DNA of 64,000 bases from Octopus sinensis (taxonomy: Eukaryota): contig NC_042997.1 of assembly GCF_006345805.1 (NCBI RefSeq), forward strand, positions 134,726,001 to 134,790,000, in the 5' to 3' direction. The translations under genes were made by a program, and so were the position numbers. This document shows positions 43,860 through 56,988 of the stretch, piece by piece. The notes beneath the pieces were generated by a model. That model was not told the origin of the DNA, searched no databases, and saw only the letters and a list, made by a program, of their open reading frames with translations. Numbering within the stretch: position 1 is the stretch's first letter; every line of letters starts with the position of its first letter.

Positions 43860-45350
43860 ATTTAAGGGTGACTTTGCGGTGCTGAATCTGAAAATGACAT
43901 TAGTTTCCCTACATTGGCACTAATTTTTGACATGTTTAAAGGCCCTATATTTGAGAATTCACAACACTTAGCCTTCCAAGCCCCTCTTATTTTTATGATA
44001 CAGTTGTGCCTGAATTGATATTTAGGTATTGGGTCATTTAATTAATTGCATATTACATAATGGAATTTAAAATATTTGTAGTTTTATTAAAGCATGTTGA
44101 CACAAAATGATCATTCTGACATAAAATGCCAAAACATGTATACATTGTAACATTAAAAAACTAACAAAAATTAATCACAAAATATTTGATGACATCTTAA
44201 ACTAATAATTTTCACGACAATACAATAGCATCGACTAATTAAGAATATTAAAATATATACGTCCTTCATGTTCATATGATTTTCTTTTGTGTAGCGTAGC
44301 AGGACAATAATCGGAATGTTCCAACAGTAGTCCTGCCATTATATGTATTCCATTTCTACCTTGATAGCTTTCCATCATCGTTATATCGTGGTGGAACTTT
44401 ACCTTTTGTTCGTCACATAAATCTCAAAAAGTTAATTGGAAATTAGTCCAACTGCCTATGGATGGAGTGTACTTTTATGTCCATATTACTCGCAGCACTC
44501 ATACTGTTATTGAGCACCTTTTCCATAATTCTTCACAATTGTCTGCTTACTTGTCACCCAAGAAGTTTTCAATAACTGAGGTGTAACTACACCAAGTAGA
44601 AACTTCCATATCATTCATATATTTCTGAAAACTAGTATCTTTGGTAAGTTTACAAATATGATCAGCAGTAGATATTCTACTTTTGATACAAACGCACTTG
44701 AAGCAATCACCATCTCTTTTCAAAGCTTTAACAAATTGTTTCATCAGTCCCAAATAAATATGGAGGACAGGAAGAATGATATTTTCTCTTTGAGCCAATA
44801 GCCCATTAAAGGATGTTCAGTCTCCCTATGGTTATTCTATCTATTGAAGGCCATGTTACGTTTTTCAATTGATCTTGCTTTGCTCTCTTGCCCCACAAGC
44901 ATTTGAAGCAAAGATATTTTGTGTTCCTACTTTGCTATCCCAGCAAGAAATTCTCTATCTTTGAGTCAACGTGAATAGACCACCGACGCTCATGATAACA
45001 GAGTCCTTGAAAGACAATTATGTTCTTTATATTGTCTGACCAATTGGTAACGATACATAACAGTTTCCATAGTGAAATAAAATACATTTCAAACTTCAGG
45101 TGGCTCTTTCTCTTTCTCATTCACTCCCTTTACCTCTCTCTGTATATACTTATAGTCGACAATCTAGTTGTTACATTTCGAGAAAAGTTCAGCTATGTTA
45201 TTTCCGTAGACAACATCTTCGTGTTTGATAGAATAAGGAAGAAATGTCTCTTCTCTTTCTTCAAGGCTGTTATTTTAACTTGCATGTAGACAGTTCTTTT
45301 CTTTTAGCCTGAATGCCAAAGTTTCAGTAGACTACTTTGAGAGACTGAGA
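43860..45350 (-). mobile_element. Decayed DNA transposon, CMC/Chapaev3-like transposase remnant
   Basis: ORF 44547-44798 IILPVLHIYLGLMKQFVKAL..DGDCF..ENFLG; terminal-like gctgaatctgaaaatgacat; superfamily assignment from memory of motifs. Confidence 0.5.
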
Positions 45351-46003
45351 TCTTATTTCAGACTAGCAGTATAACCCGGCCTTGCCCGGGATTAAGTTAC
45401 GATTATTAAGTTAATCAAGTTCTTTATTTCAAACCAAACTAAGTAACATAGACGTCAAATTTGGGCGAAATCCGTTGAAATTAGTTATTATTATATATAA
45501 TATAATATAATATAAATAGACACGAACACACATACACACACGTACGTACGTACACCTATTGCATGTTTTGTGCACGCATACATGTTCATAAACAGAAATG
45601 AATGGAAAAAATGTTGTTAAACTTGTAGATTAACACTCGCACAATTTTCACTAAGAAAAAAAAAATCGTTTTTTTTTTTTGCATGGAACCAAATACTCTG
45701 GCCTCAAAACCCTTTTTGTGGACCGTGAAACGGAGTGGGGTGTGGTGGAAGCCTCGCAAATTGTACCCATTTATATTGTGTAATTCACTGACAAGTTGTT
45801 ACTCACCTCTTTGCTTCTTTATTGTTAAATAAATGGATTGTCAACAGAACATTTTTTTACTCGGCGTAAAATAAAAACAAACTCTTTCGCACCCAAAGTA
45901 ATGTGTGTGAGAGATGAACGATTTAAAATAAATAAATGATTTAGAATAAATATATTGTAATTCAATAATAAATCTCTGAGCGAGATATAAACAGTAACTG
46001 CTC

Positions 46004-46388
46004 TATAACATAAGGGGGATCAGCCATCTGAATGTGGCTAGGGACAGGGCGGGGTGGTGGGGGTGTTACTGATGCATTTAACCCCAGGCGATCATCGACG
46101 TCACCAGAAGGGCTGACACCATCTCGGTGTCCTTGCCAGCCTGCAAAGGGAGATCAGCCTCCCCGAAGATACGGATACTACATACGGACCGGTAACGGTG
46201 CTTACCATGCGTTGATAAGAGGCAAATACCTCGAAACCGGTCCGTATGTAGGCTGGCAAGGACACCGAGATGGTGTCAGCCCTTCTGGTGACGTCGATGA
46301 TCGCCTGGGGCTAAATGCATCAGTAACACCCCCACCACCCCGCCCTGTCCCTAGCCACATTCAGATGGCTGATCCCCCTTATGTTATA
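46004..46388 (+). mobile_element. Fold-back PLE/retrozyme-like element containing a hammerhead
   Basis: 139-bp arms at 46004-46142 and 46250-46388 (one mismatch seen), plus inner arms 46179-46193 and 46236-46250. Confidence 0.8.
46206..46248 (+). ncRNA. Minimal type I hammerhead ribozyme, U3:A8 variant, GUC cleavage site
   Basis: Stem I catgcg/cgtatg; core TTGATAA; stem II GAGG-caaata-CCTC; GAAA; palindromic stem III ACCGGT; predicted cut after C46242. Confidence 0.75.
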
Positions 46389-46898
46389 TTGTAATTGTTG
46401 TGTGAGAAAGTATATATACTATGATTATAAAATATAGTGTGCCTTTCAAAAACACAAAACAAAACATTTTACATTTTATTTTTATGAACGTAGTCACTTA
46501 CTCTCTCTCTCTCTTTCTCTCTCTCACTTTGTCTTTCCCGTGAAACTCTCTGCCTCCTTCTTCCACATTTCTTTATCTTATTTTTTTTTTGTTAGACGCC
46601 GTCAAAAAAGCAATGGCTCTCTCTCTCCCTCTCTCACTTTGTCTTTCCCGTGAAACTCTCTGCCTCCTTTTCCCACTTTTCTTTATCGTATTTTCTTTCG
46701 TTAGACGCCATCAAAAAAGCTATGGCTGATATTTTTTATGGCTAAAAGCTATGGTTGAAAATAGATTTTTACCTTATCCGCGGGTGCCTCCGGAAAAAAA
46801 TAAGTTGACAAAACCTAGATAGGATGTTGACGAATGTCCTCCTAAAATTTGAGCGAAATGCTTGCTAATTTGTGGATGAGCATAAATTGCAATCACGT

Positions 46899-46931
<33 letters not shown>

Positions 46932-48602
46932 CATCATGCCTATTTTTTTCCTTTTTTGAGAACAGTTTTGGTATCAAAAAACTTATTATTCATAATTATT
47001 TTCCAAGCTACCATGTGTGGTAGACATTAAGCTTTGCATTTCTTCAACATCTGACAAGCGATGGTCAGGTAGAGACGCAAGTACCAGCATGAGAGCTTCC
47101 CTAGTATGTAGATTTGCAGATTCCAAATCAGGATATTCCTATGTAATTTTATAGTAATTGAAGCTTTTCATATTAACAGTACAAAATAACAATCATTCGT
47201 AGGGATTTTACGGATCTCACCACACGATAGGCACTCCGACGTTAATTTTTTTCTTTTGTCTTTGGGCCATTGCCGAAAGGAATTTACTTAGATTTTGAAT
47301 ACATTATGGAGAACTCATGACTTAACTTGATATCCAAACTTTTCTCCAAAATAAGAAAGATATGCTTGCTTACAAAATCAATGATATTTTTTTCTATGCT
47401 TTTCTCTAGTATATTCACTACAGATACAACAGAAAACATTTTATTTATTCAAGCAGGTTCTTTATGATGAACTCATCTTTACTAGTTTATTACCTGCCAT
47501 AATTAAGAATTATTAAATGAAAGAGATAATTTTAAATTTAGTTTTGCAATAAAAAATAAATAATATTGTAGAAGAGTAAAATATGTAGATAAAAACACTA
47601 CAGCATCTAGCAAATATATTGAGAAAATATAGCGTAGCCACTTGGAATATGGGAGCTCCATATTTGATAATAAACACTAAATCATTAATCTTTCGTTTGT
47701 CAAAGTACTATGATCTCTGACCAAACATTACTCCTAATCTACATTTTAGCCTTGTTTTGAAATATCTCTGTATATCGTATTAAGGTGACATAAGAGCTTA
47801 AGGTGAATCCATCATTTCAAAAACTGGAGTCAATCTGGTGAAACAATGCAATTTTTAAATTTAGGGCTCCCAAATTACCACAAATTCATTTAAATATTGT
47901 TGGCAACTGAAAAAGATAGTATTTTGCTGGCCAGTATAACTTTTTTTTTGAGATAACAAAGTAATTGTAATTCATTACAATATTGATAATAATGTCGCTT
48001 ATTGATTTATATTAGAAACACTAATCTTCCTTGGAAGTTAATGAAAGAGCGTCTCCGATTACTATAATTCTAAAGACAATGTTTCTTGATTTAGTTTAAA
48101 CTCAAAAAATCTATTTATACATGGTATTTGGGAACAAGGAAAATATCAGAAGGTAAAGCATGTCACCAAATAGAAAAAAATAAAACAATATATACTTAGA
48201 GAAAGACTGTGCACGTGCAGGTAGTTTCAACAAAAAAAAAAACCATTCAAAAAATTGTTCTGAACCTCATTGGCAGCCTCAACACACCGATATACGAGAA
48301 CTAGATAACAATTGTCCCATGCCACTTACAGTATCCACGCATCTTTGACACCATGGAATTGCTAGACAGGTATCCCAGTGATGATGTTGCAGACACAACT
48401 GTCCAGGAAGTTCAACTCAAGAGAGGAAAGAAGTCATATGATGTTCAAGGTACATAACAACACTTCTGCATCTTGGCGGGTATAAACTGCCATATGTTCT
48501 ACACATAGGACTTGTACCTGATGTGCTTGTGCATTACATGCGGATTTCCATACCTTGAGCTGTACGATAATGAATCTCACAGATCTGCAGTTACTATCGA
48601 TA

Positions 48603-49004
48603 TACTCTTTTACTCTTTTATTTGTTTCAGTCATTTGACTGCGGCCATGCTGGAGCACCGCCTTTAATCGAGCAACTCGACCCCGAAACTTATTCTTTTT
48701 GTAAGCCTAGTACTTATTGTATCGGTCTCTGTTGCCGAACCGCTAAGTAACGGGGACATAAACACACCAGCATCGGTTGTCAAGCAATGCTAGGGGGACA
48801 AACGCAGACACACAAACACACACACGCATATATATATATACATATATACGACGGGTTTCTTTCAGTTTCCGTTTACCAAATCCACTCACAAGGCTTTGGT
48901 CGGCCCGAGGCTATAGTAGAAGACACTTGCCCAAGGTGCCACGCAGTGGGACTGAACCCGGAACCATGTGTTTGGTAAACAAACTACTTACCACACAGCC
49001 ACTC
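48603..49004 (-). mobile_element. SINE family A
   Basis: Reverse complement of the family A consensus. Confidence 0.85.
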
Positions 49005-49038
49005 TATGGACAAATAAAAAATTGACGTATACATTACG

Positions 49039-49193
49039 TTAAATCTAAACAATATGAGAGATCACTATGTGGATTCCTTGTATGCTAAAAATAGACGTCA
49101 AGCCGTCTTACTGATTTAGTGGTAAGACGGTTTTCGTCTATTTTTAGCATACAAGACATCCACATAGTGATCTTTCATATTGTTTATATTTAA
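49039..49193. mobile_element. 155-bp fold-back MITE bounded by TTAA
   Basis: ~60-bp imperfect arms, inner hairpin ccgtcttac/gtaagacgg, ttaa at both ends. Confidence 0.6.
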
Positions 49194-50323
49194 ATAGAAT
49201 TCACGGTCCTCGGACATTTATAAATATGCTGACCACTAGTTGAAATTGATATTTTTATAATATTAATTTCTACTCTAATTATTATGTTTAATTGTTTTCC
49301 ATTTATTACTATTTTGCTCACAAATACACACGACATCGTATATTGCAGGTTTCAAATATCTTTATATTCTTTCTTTTATTTATTTACTCACCATAAATCT
49401 ATAGACGGACAAAAGTCAACAGTGAGTGTTCCGCCAAACGGAAATTAGCTTGAATATGTGATAAACTTGACACTTACACGATTGAGATTATACTTCCAGT
49501 AGAAAGCTTTTTTGGTTCAACAGGCACATGTGGTGTTTTTATATGACATGGTCCTGAATATTCAAAGCACTGTGGTGGAAATATAAGAAAATTATAAAAT
49601 TACACACAATTTATAAATTCTCGGTTCTTATATTTTTTGTATTTGTATAAAATGTATTACATATACAGAAATTATTATCAGTATAAAAGATTTTAACATG
49701 TCATTTTTTCTTGCTGATTGCACCTGTAATCAACTATTCATTAAACAGTTTCATTCTCTATGCCGCTTTGTGCATAATCTTGTTTAATTACTTAAATCGT
49801 TTCTCATCACTGTGTAAAAATTATGGTTTGCTAATCAGATCCTCCTCGACATAGGCACAGAGCCACACATTTTGGGAGACGATTAATTGATTAAATCAGT
49901 GCTAGTAACTTAACTCGTATTATATTTTGTTGATCTCAGAGGAATTTAAACGACATAATTTGAACACAGAAGGCAAAGAGCTAGTATAGATACTGGAAGT
50001 ATTTATTTGTTTAATGCTCTTACAATTCTTCATATCAACCTTCCTGTCGAGGTCTTAATGAGACCGAAGCAATTTCAGACGAAATAATTAAAACGCACTC
50101 AACGATATAATTAAAATAATATTAGGCATTGCTTCTTGTATTTATTTCTCAGCGCATATTGATTTCTAGCTTCCGATTTCATACTCAATAAATTAAATAA
50201 GCTAAAACTAACTTTACTAACTTGCGGCTATTAATTTTATCAAGCAGAAGTTGATAAAGGAACAGAGTAAGACTCTGTTCTTGTTCTGATGTGAATTCTG
50301 AAACTAACAGGAAGAAACTAGAG

Positions 50324-50542
50324 CAGTGCTTTTCAAACTTTTTGCTGGAGCGGAACCCCAAGGAAACATTCCACTGGCTCGGGGAACCCCTGTGCAATAA
50401 TTTAATAGTCTTATGCACACATATCTGCACAGGAAAATTAAAAATTACTGCCGATTTTAGCAGTTTTGTAACTTCTTGCGGAACCCCTGGACTGTACTGG
50501 CGGAACTCTAAGGTTCCGCGGAACTTTGGTAGAAAACCACTG
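50324..50542 (+). mobile_element. hAT (Buster-type) MITE with 8-bp TSD aactagag
   Basis: cagtg...cactg termini; TSD at 50316-50323 and 50543-50550 fits NNNTANNN. Confidence 0.85.
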
Positions 50543-50631
50543 AACTAGAGTATTGAATTTAGTCTAACGCTTCATATTATTCAGTATGGCATTTCTATAA
50601 TCAGAATCTACTCTTGGGACCCATTTTTCAA

Positions 50632-51214
50632 CTGTAATGTAACATCAGCTCGAATATGTTTGAAGCACGTTCGAAACGGTGAACAAGCTACTCACTGCGC
50701 TTTGTCACGGAAAATATATCCCGTTTGTTAACAAATGGTTTATATACACCTATATCCGTGATAATAATATAATAAATACGCCCTTTTAAAGCCTAGCCAG
50801 ACTCATGGGCCCAGTTTCCCGGTTTCAATGGCGTATGTGTTCCTCAGCTGGACGCGGATGCCAGTCCGTCGCAGCTTTACTCATTTTTGCCAGCTGAGTG
50901 GACTGGAGCAACGTCAAATGAAATATTTTGCTCAAGAACCAAAGCATCGCCCGGTCCAGGAATCGAAACCACAATCTTACGATCACGATACTGACACCCT
51001 AACCACTAAGCCATTCACCTCCACTAGATCCGTGATAACTACTCCGAAATGCTTGCATCTCACGGTTTGGGTAGATGGCGCTGGGAGCTGATGTAGGTGT
51101 ATACATACCATTTGGCAACAAACGTGATATATTTTCCGTGACAAAACGCAATGAGTAGCTTGTTCACAGGTTCGAACGTGCCTCAAGCATATTCAGATGA
51201 AAATAACATTGCAG
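50632..51214. mobile_element. Old MITE with ~120-bp TIRs and a nested family-F SINE (50791-51012, minus)
   Basis: 50632-50752 is a diverged reverse complement of 51094-51214. Confidence 0.6.
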
Positions 51215-51399
51215 CCTTACTTATCACGGCTTAGCGCTCCTCCTCCATTATTTCAAATAGTTAAAAATAAATTTGGATGTCAAATATGCTAAGTGCTGCG
51301 GGCTATAAAGTTTGCTGAGATTTTGTGAGTTTCTACTTAAAAGGATGTTTAGGCTGAATTTGTTCATTTGTATAAAAGGAAAAGAAAACACAGTATCCT

Positions 51400-52170
51400 A
51401 TCCAAAAATCGAAGTATTTTGTAAAAATTATAAAATATCATCTAGATTATGGCTGAGAGATAACGCTTTATTCAAAGTAGCCACCCGCAGCTTCTACCAT
51501 GGCCTCAAGACGACTCCAGAAACTGCTGCATGCGTTCCTAACCATATCTCTGAGAAGATCTTCGAACACCGCTTTGAACTTGACCATCCGCTCGGGCTTA
51601 ATGCTGCAGGCAGAGAGACTGGTGTCTTTTTTTAACTGCGCCCTACACATAATAATCTATGAGATTACAATCGGGTAAATCAGGAAACTAGAAAAATTCA
51701 GGCAGGGGAAGCCATAGAAATTCTCCAGAAACCACTTCTAACTCTTTCTGGAGGCATGACATGGAGCCTAATTCTGCTACTACACATATGATCTCCCAGC
51801 AGCAAACATCTCCAGTCAGGGTTTGACAACAGTACACAGACGTTTCACATAATCGTCTGAATTAAGATTAAGGCCCTGTTCAAAGATGTGGGGATGAATT
51901 CCGGTATGCGATCGCAGTCAGAAAGCCTGCTGTGTCCCTTCCCGCTGGCCACGGTTTCGTAGTTTTCGTTGTAACTGTCCATGTCACGTTCTACAGCCCG
52001 TGCAGTGTTCACAGAGTATTGAGCGGCAGTCAAAATGTCGGCATTTCGATACCCAGCACAAATCATCGTGACACAAGGCAATCTTTTTCCAACATTCAGA
52101 TGGCTTCCAGTCCTCCATATTAGCTAACTTTCTTTCAATTACAACTTTTATTTTTATGCTCTCCATCACC
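51400..52170 (-). mobile_element. Tc1/mariner transposase remnant
   Basis: PDCNLIDYYV*GA motif; C-terminus NACSSFWSRLEAMVEAAGGYFE; N-terminal HTH-like segment in ORF 51845-52081. Confidence 0.75.
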
Positions 52171-53739
52171 ATTGACTGTTCACTAATACATCAGGCTATT
52201 TCTGAACAAGGAGACATAAAATATGGTCAAATGTTGCTCGAACATCCTGAAGATGGCACAGTATAAAGTTTAAATTAGAATTAGCAAGTTCAAAACTCAT
52301 GATATAGCTAAAACAGATTAAATTTCCAATAGCTAGACATATTTTATCTAGGTCTGAAGAAACAAGTTGAAATGCGATTTTCATCTGAACGAGCTTCAAC
52401 GTGATTCTTATTCCGAAATATATGCAAAATCTCACTCAAATAACATTAAAAAAGAAACATTAGATAGTGTAATCTATTCAGAAACGATCTGAGGATGGCC
52501 ATAGACTGACTGCATTTGACAATAGGACTACTCGATCGAGCCGACTAGGGCTCGAAACTGTTCCACGTCCAAAACAACTAAAACTAAAAGTTACTCACCA
52601 GAATCATACCTTGAGGGCAATTGTCTTTCAACTTGAAATTTATACGCATATTATCACTACAATTTAGTATGACTACAGCATAACTGCCAAGAAAGAAAAA
52701 AATGGAATATTAATCAATCTACTCCTCAACGCATGCGTGATTTTAGAAATGCATAAACACATAAGACATAGTTGAGTGGTTAATACTTTTAATGTGTAAA
52801 TTTCGAAGCATCGTGTTAAATTCTAGTCTAGTACTTTTGCATATAAACACATATACATACATAAATACATACATACTACTTGCATACAAACAAGTACACA
52901 TACATGTGTACATAATTCATAACAGCAACACGTAAAAAAGCATATTCATACTTCTGTTCTAAAGCATCAATTTCTAATCGGGATAGTTAAGTCGTGCAAT
53001 GTTTTGTTTTTGAAGTTCAACATTCCTGCGCCTGATTACATTATCGCGAAAGAAAAAGGGCAAAAAGAGCAGTGGCTGCAGTACATGAGCTCATTTTAGT
53101 CGCGCTCGAAAATCAAAACAGGGAATATTCACACAAGACTGTTTTGATCGAGAGGTATCGTTTATCACGCTTTTTTTTCTTTTTCATGTCGTCAGGCGAC
53201 CAGGAATGAGTTTTATATGGATGGACACAAGTATTTGAATTAGGTACAGCGAAGAAAGAGACATGAATAAAGCAAAATCTGCTTTATTTACCACCATGCA
53301 CCTTATTACGCGTCACTTGTTACGATTTTATGGCAAAGACCGTGATCACTCGCGATTTCCAGCCTCCCTACACTCTGGAGTTTTTCCCTGCAGACTTCCT
53401 TTGTTCTCAGTCATTGAATTTTCCTTGAATGGTCAACGATTTCAGGTGGTAGAAGGGATCGAAGAAAATTCTTCACGGAAACTTCGTATTAACGTTAAAG
53501 CGTTTTCCAGAGAGTGTTTTAAAATTAAAAAAAAGTAAAAACAAACAAACAAAAAGACTTGGAAGCGTGGTATCGAAAGTGAAAGGAACTATTTTGAGAG
53601 AATGAAAGGTAAAGTTGACTCCCGAGGAATCTGAACTTACAACGTAAAACCAGAAAAATGCCGCTAAACAATTTTTCCGGCGTAGTAACGATTCTGCCAG
53701 CTAGCTGCCTTACAATGCTGTTTAGTATAAAAAATTATA

Positions 53740-54260
53740 GAGCCTGACATATGGTGGGTGCCCCCTCGTTATCGTGTATGGCCATTGCACGAAGCTTAAT
53801 CAATGTTGTTATCGTGCAATGCCTGTGCAAGAAGATTTTTTTAAAGTGAGGAAAGGCTGTGCACTGAGTCAATCCCACTCACTAAGCAACAGCAGCCATA
53901 ATCTGAAAAGAAGAACAAGTCAACATCATCGGTAACCACTGAGCCGCAGGTTTTATGTCGGAGTTATCCCAGTTACCTGAGTTAACTTCTCCTAGAAGGA
54001 TGCCCTAACAAAGGCTAGGAGTCTTTCACTCCCAATGGTTTAACCGCGCGATCGGGTATTCAGTCCGATTATTTCTATGTCCCCGCGCATGATACAGCCT
54101 TAAGACTTTTATTGGATGGCCGTTGACTCTCAAGAGTTCCTCTGCCCTTTGACGGGTTTTGTTTTTCATCCCGCAGGGTGTCCAATAAACACCCTCCTCA
54201 CCAAATAAGCGCGCGTGTGTGTGCCGGTCTTCCTTGGACTTGTCTCTCGCGTCAGTTCAG
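53740..54260 (+). mobile_element. Probable RTE-type LINE 5' UTR fragment
   Basis: ttctcctagaaggatgccctaacaaaggctag and gggtgtccaataaacaccctcc resemble RTE 5' regions; recognition only. Confidence 0.35.
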
Positions 54261-54486
54261 AACGTCTGCCTTCCTGGTGTTTGTTGCTGAAGAGGAGATA
54301 ACCATTCTAAAATGCACGCATACATCCCAAAGATTAGGGAATGTTGCAAACTGACTCAGTGTGATAATACTTTACTGTCAGCGCAGAAGCAATACCGAGA
54401 GTTTCGTGCGTTGGCACATCAAATTAATAAAAATATCCAAATACTCGAATTTTGAGCTCTATTTTTCCTCTTTGCACTAACATAGC

Positions 54487-54612
54487 TCGGCAAAAGAGAC
54501 CGATAGAATAAGTACTGAGCTTACAAAGAATAAGTCCCGGGGTCGATTTGCTCGACTAAAGGCGGTGCTCCAGCATGGCCGCAGTCAAATGACTGAAACA
54601 AGTAAAAGAGTA
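54487..54612 (+). mobile_element. SINE family A, 3' end
   Basis: Near-identical to the tail of the 62988 copy. Confidence 0.85.
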
Positions 54613-54630
54613 TATATATGTATGTGTTTG

Positions 54631-54661
<31 letters not shown>

Positions 54662-54680
54662 AGCTAACCCTAAAATTAAA

Positions 54681-54713
<33 letters not shown>

Positions 54714-54737
54714 ACCTCGTGCGTACCGTTGGCGATA

Positions 54738-54905
54738 TTTTTCCTCTGTCTTCCCTTCTCTGGATCTTTCCTTCTCCAATGTTTCCGACGAAGGGCTCCG
54801 CTCGAAACGTTAAACCCTCCTTCTTTCCTCAGCGTCCAATACTACTATATTTGTTCCACGTCCTCGCTTTGTTGTGCTTTTTTGTGCTTTCTTGTTTGGA
54901 TTAAC
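54738..54905 (+). mobile_element. Short PLE-derived repeat with minimal hammerhead-like motif (54781-54815)
   Basis: gttt-CCGACGA-A-GGGC-tcc-GCTC-GAAAC-GTT-aaac. Confidence 0.55.
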
Positions 54906-54916
54906 TATATATATAT

Positions 54917-54996
<80 letters not shown>

Positions 54997-55002
54997 ATAT
55001 AA

Positions 55003-55033
<31 letters not shown>

Positions 55034-55564
55034 CATATATATATGTATATATATATTTGTGTTTTCGTGTACGCAAAACAAGACACGTGAATCTGTTCTC
55101 TATATGCACATACATAAACATATTCCTTTAAGTATAAGCACGCAAACAGAAATACAGGCATATGTGTATATGAAGCCATGGACATACATATTCATAAAAA
55201 GAAAACATACCTACTATAGAATATACCAAAGTCATTAGTTTCGAATGTACGAAACGAAGCGTTTGCTTGGAGACCAAGAACGATATCCGACATAGCCATC
55301 TACAAAATAAAGTTATGTTTCATTGTAATAGTGGTATAAATTTCTATAATAGATAGAAATCCGGACAAAATAAATTTCGCTGTTTGGTTACGTATCTTTT
55401 CATTCAGATTTCAAAATACACTAGGATCAGTCAGTGGCTTTGCATTCGTTGTCTAGGGTTCGATGTAGTAAACACGAATTAAATAATAATATAGATAATT
55501 TAACGAGTAAGTTTACTCATGTAATTTGGTTTCACTATTCAAATTTGCCAAAACATTCATGCGT

Positions 55565-55712
55565 CCCCGTAAATTAGCGGTTCGACGAAGAGACGGAGAG
55601 AATAAGTTCAAGGCTTAGAAAAGAAATACTGGTGTCGATTCATTCATTCGACTCAAGGCGGTGCCCCAGCATGGCCGCAGTCTAATGACTGAAGCAAGTA
55701 TAGGATGAAAGA
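55565..55712 (+). mobile_element. SINE family A, 3' fragment
   Basis: gtccccgtaaattagcggttcg..ggcggtgccccagcatggccgcagtc. Confidence 0.7.
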
Positions 55713-55736
55713 GATAGGGTATGTAATGTATGCAGA

Positions 55737-55778
<42 letters not shown>

Positions 55779-55866
55779 GTAGTTGGCGGGCAATTTAAAT
55801 CTGACCTTGTACACACGTGCATATATATGTATGTTTGGACGTTCGTATATGTAAGTACAACGTGTG

Positions 55867-55922
<56 letters not shown>

Positions 55923-56219
55923 ATTTATGTGCTAATGTGGTATATTCAACTGACGAAAGCAGAGCTTATTTGAAGCAGGATCTTGAATTATCCAGTAATA
56001 TCTTTTTGCTAGTTTATTTTGTCTCTCTGTCTTATCTCGTGGTGCCATATGAACATTTTAGGGGGTTTTAGAGTCAGGGTTTGACTGCTATTTCGGCATG
56101 GTGGTGTCTCTCAGATACCCTTATTTATAGTTGTGAAAAATTATTACCTCTGTATGGTATTTATTCCCATGCTGACCACTTGATAATATCGATATTTAAA
56201 TATTGATATTATCCTTATT

Positions 56220-56307
<88 letters not shown>

Positions 56308-56543
56308 ACATTAAATTTAGGGTAAAAATTGATATTTATCAATTAGAACCAGTGGTCTAGCATATTAAAGAAAGAATCCGAAGATTAAAATATTTATATA
56401 TACCAATTAAGGACTGAACACGAAAAAGTGGACAGTCAACATGCTAGATATAGACGTCAAATCGCCATTCTCCACAAAAAGTCTATGTTCTCAGATCAGA
56501 CTCAACACAAAACCAAAACAATAAACAAGTGAAAAATATTTAC

Positions 56544-56609
56544 CCATGTACTAAATTCAGTTTCGGCTGTTATTTTCCGCAAGGAAAAGTGCAGCCATCA
56601 TCAGCATGG
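56544..56609 (-). ncRNA. Type I hammerhead ribozyme (copy 1, minus strand)
   Basis: Exact reverse complement of the plus-strand copies. Confidence 0.85.
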
Positions 56610-56922
56610 TCCCATATAAAATGTAATTTGCTGTACTAAATGCCAACACGATACCGAAATATCGCGTGCATGGAGTACGGCCTATTACATTTGAAATATA
56701 TATTTCAAATGTCTCTAATTTTGGCGCGATGAGACCCGAGAAAACTAGCCTGCAGCTAATAGTTAGCAGCAGTTAATTTATCGGTTAGAGAACAAATATT
56801 TATATAACATTAAATTTAGGGTAAAAATTGATATTTATCAATTAGAACCAGTGGTCTAGCATATTAAAGATATTTCGGTATCGTGTTGGCATTTAGTACA
56901 GCAAATTACATTTTATATGGGA

Positions 56923-56988
56923 CCATGCTGATGATGGCTGCACTTTTCCTTGCGGAAAATAACAGCCGAAACTGAATTTAGTACATGG
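56923..56988 (+). ncRNA. Type I hammerhead ribozyme (copy 2), GUA site after 56983
   Basis: ccatg-CTGATGA-T-GGCTG-cac-ttttcc-ttgc-ggaaaa-taa-CAGCC-GAA-ACT-gaattt-AGT-A-catgg. Confidence 0.88.

Larger units (their letters stand above)
45362..46990. mobile_element. Helitron/HINE-like non-autonomous repeat with a nested fold-back element
   Basis: Starts actagcagtataacccggccttgcccggg (similar to atacccggcgttgcacgggt at 37293); internal ~118-bp tandem repeat at 46500-46740 and (AC)n. Confidence 0.4.

Noticed and set aside
47200-48600. Coding-like composition on the minus strand
   Set aside because: Frequent stops and no recognisable domain
52353-52382. CTGAAGA-AAC-aa-GTT-GAAA motif
   Set aside because: The 2-nt loop is implausible and there is no stem I; probably chance
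52489-52570. CTGAGGA...GAAAC-tgttccac-GTC hammerhead-like spacing
   Set aside because: Stem II does not close next to the core and stem I does not pair; at most a decayed PLE repeat
55948-55985. CTGACGA followed by an aagc/gctt hairpin
   Set aside because: No GAAA, stem III or cleavage triplet follows
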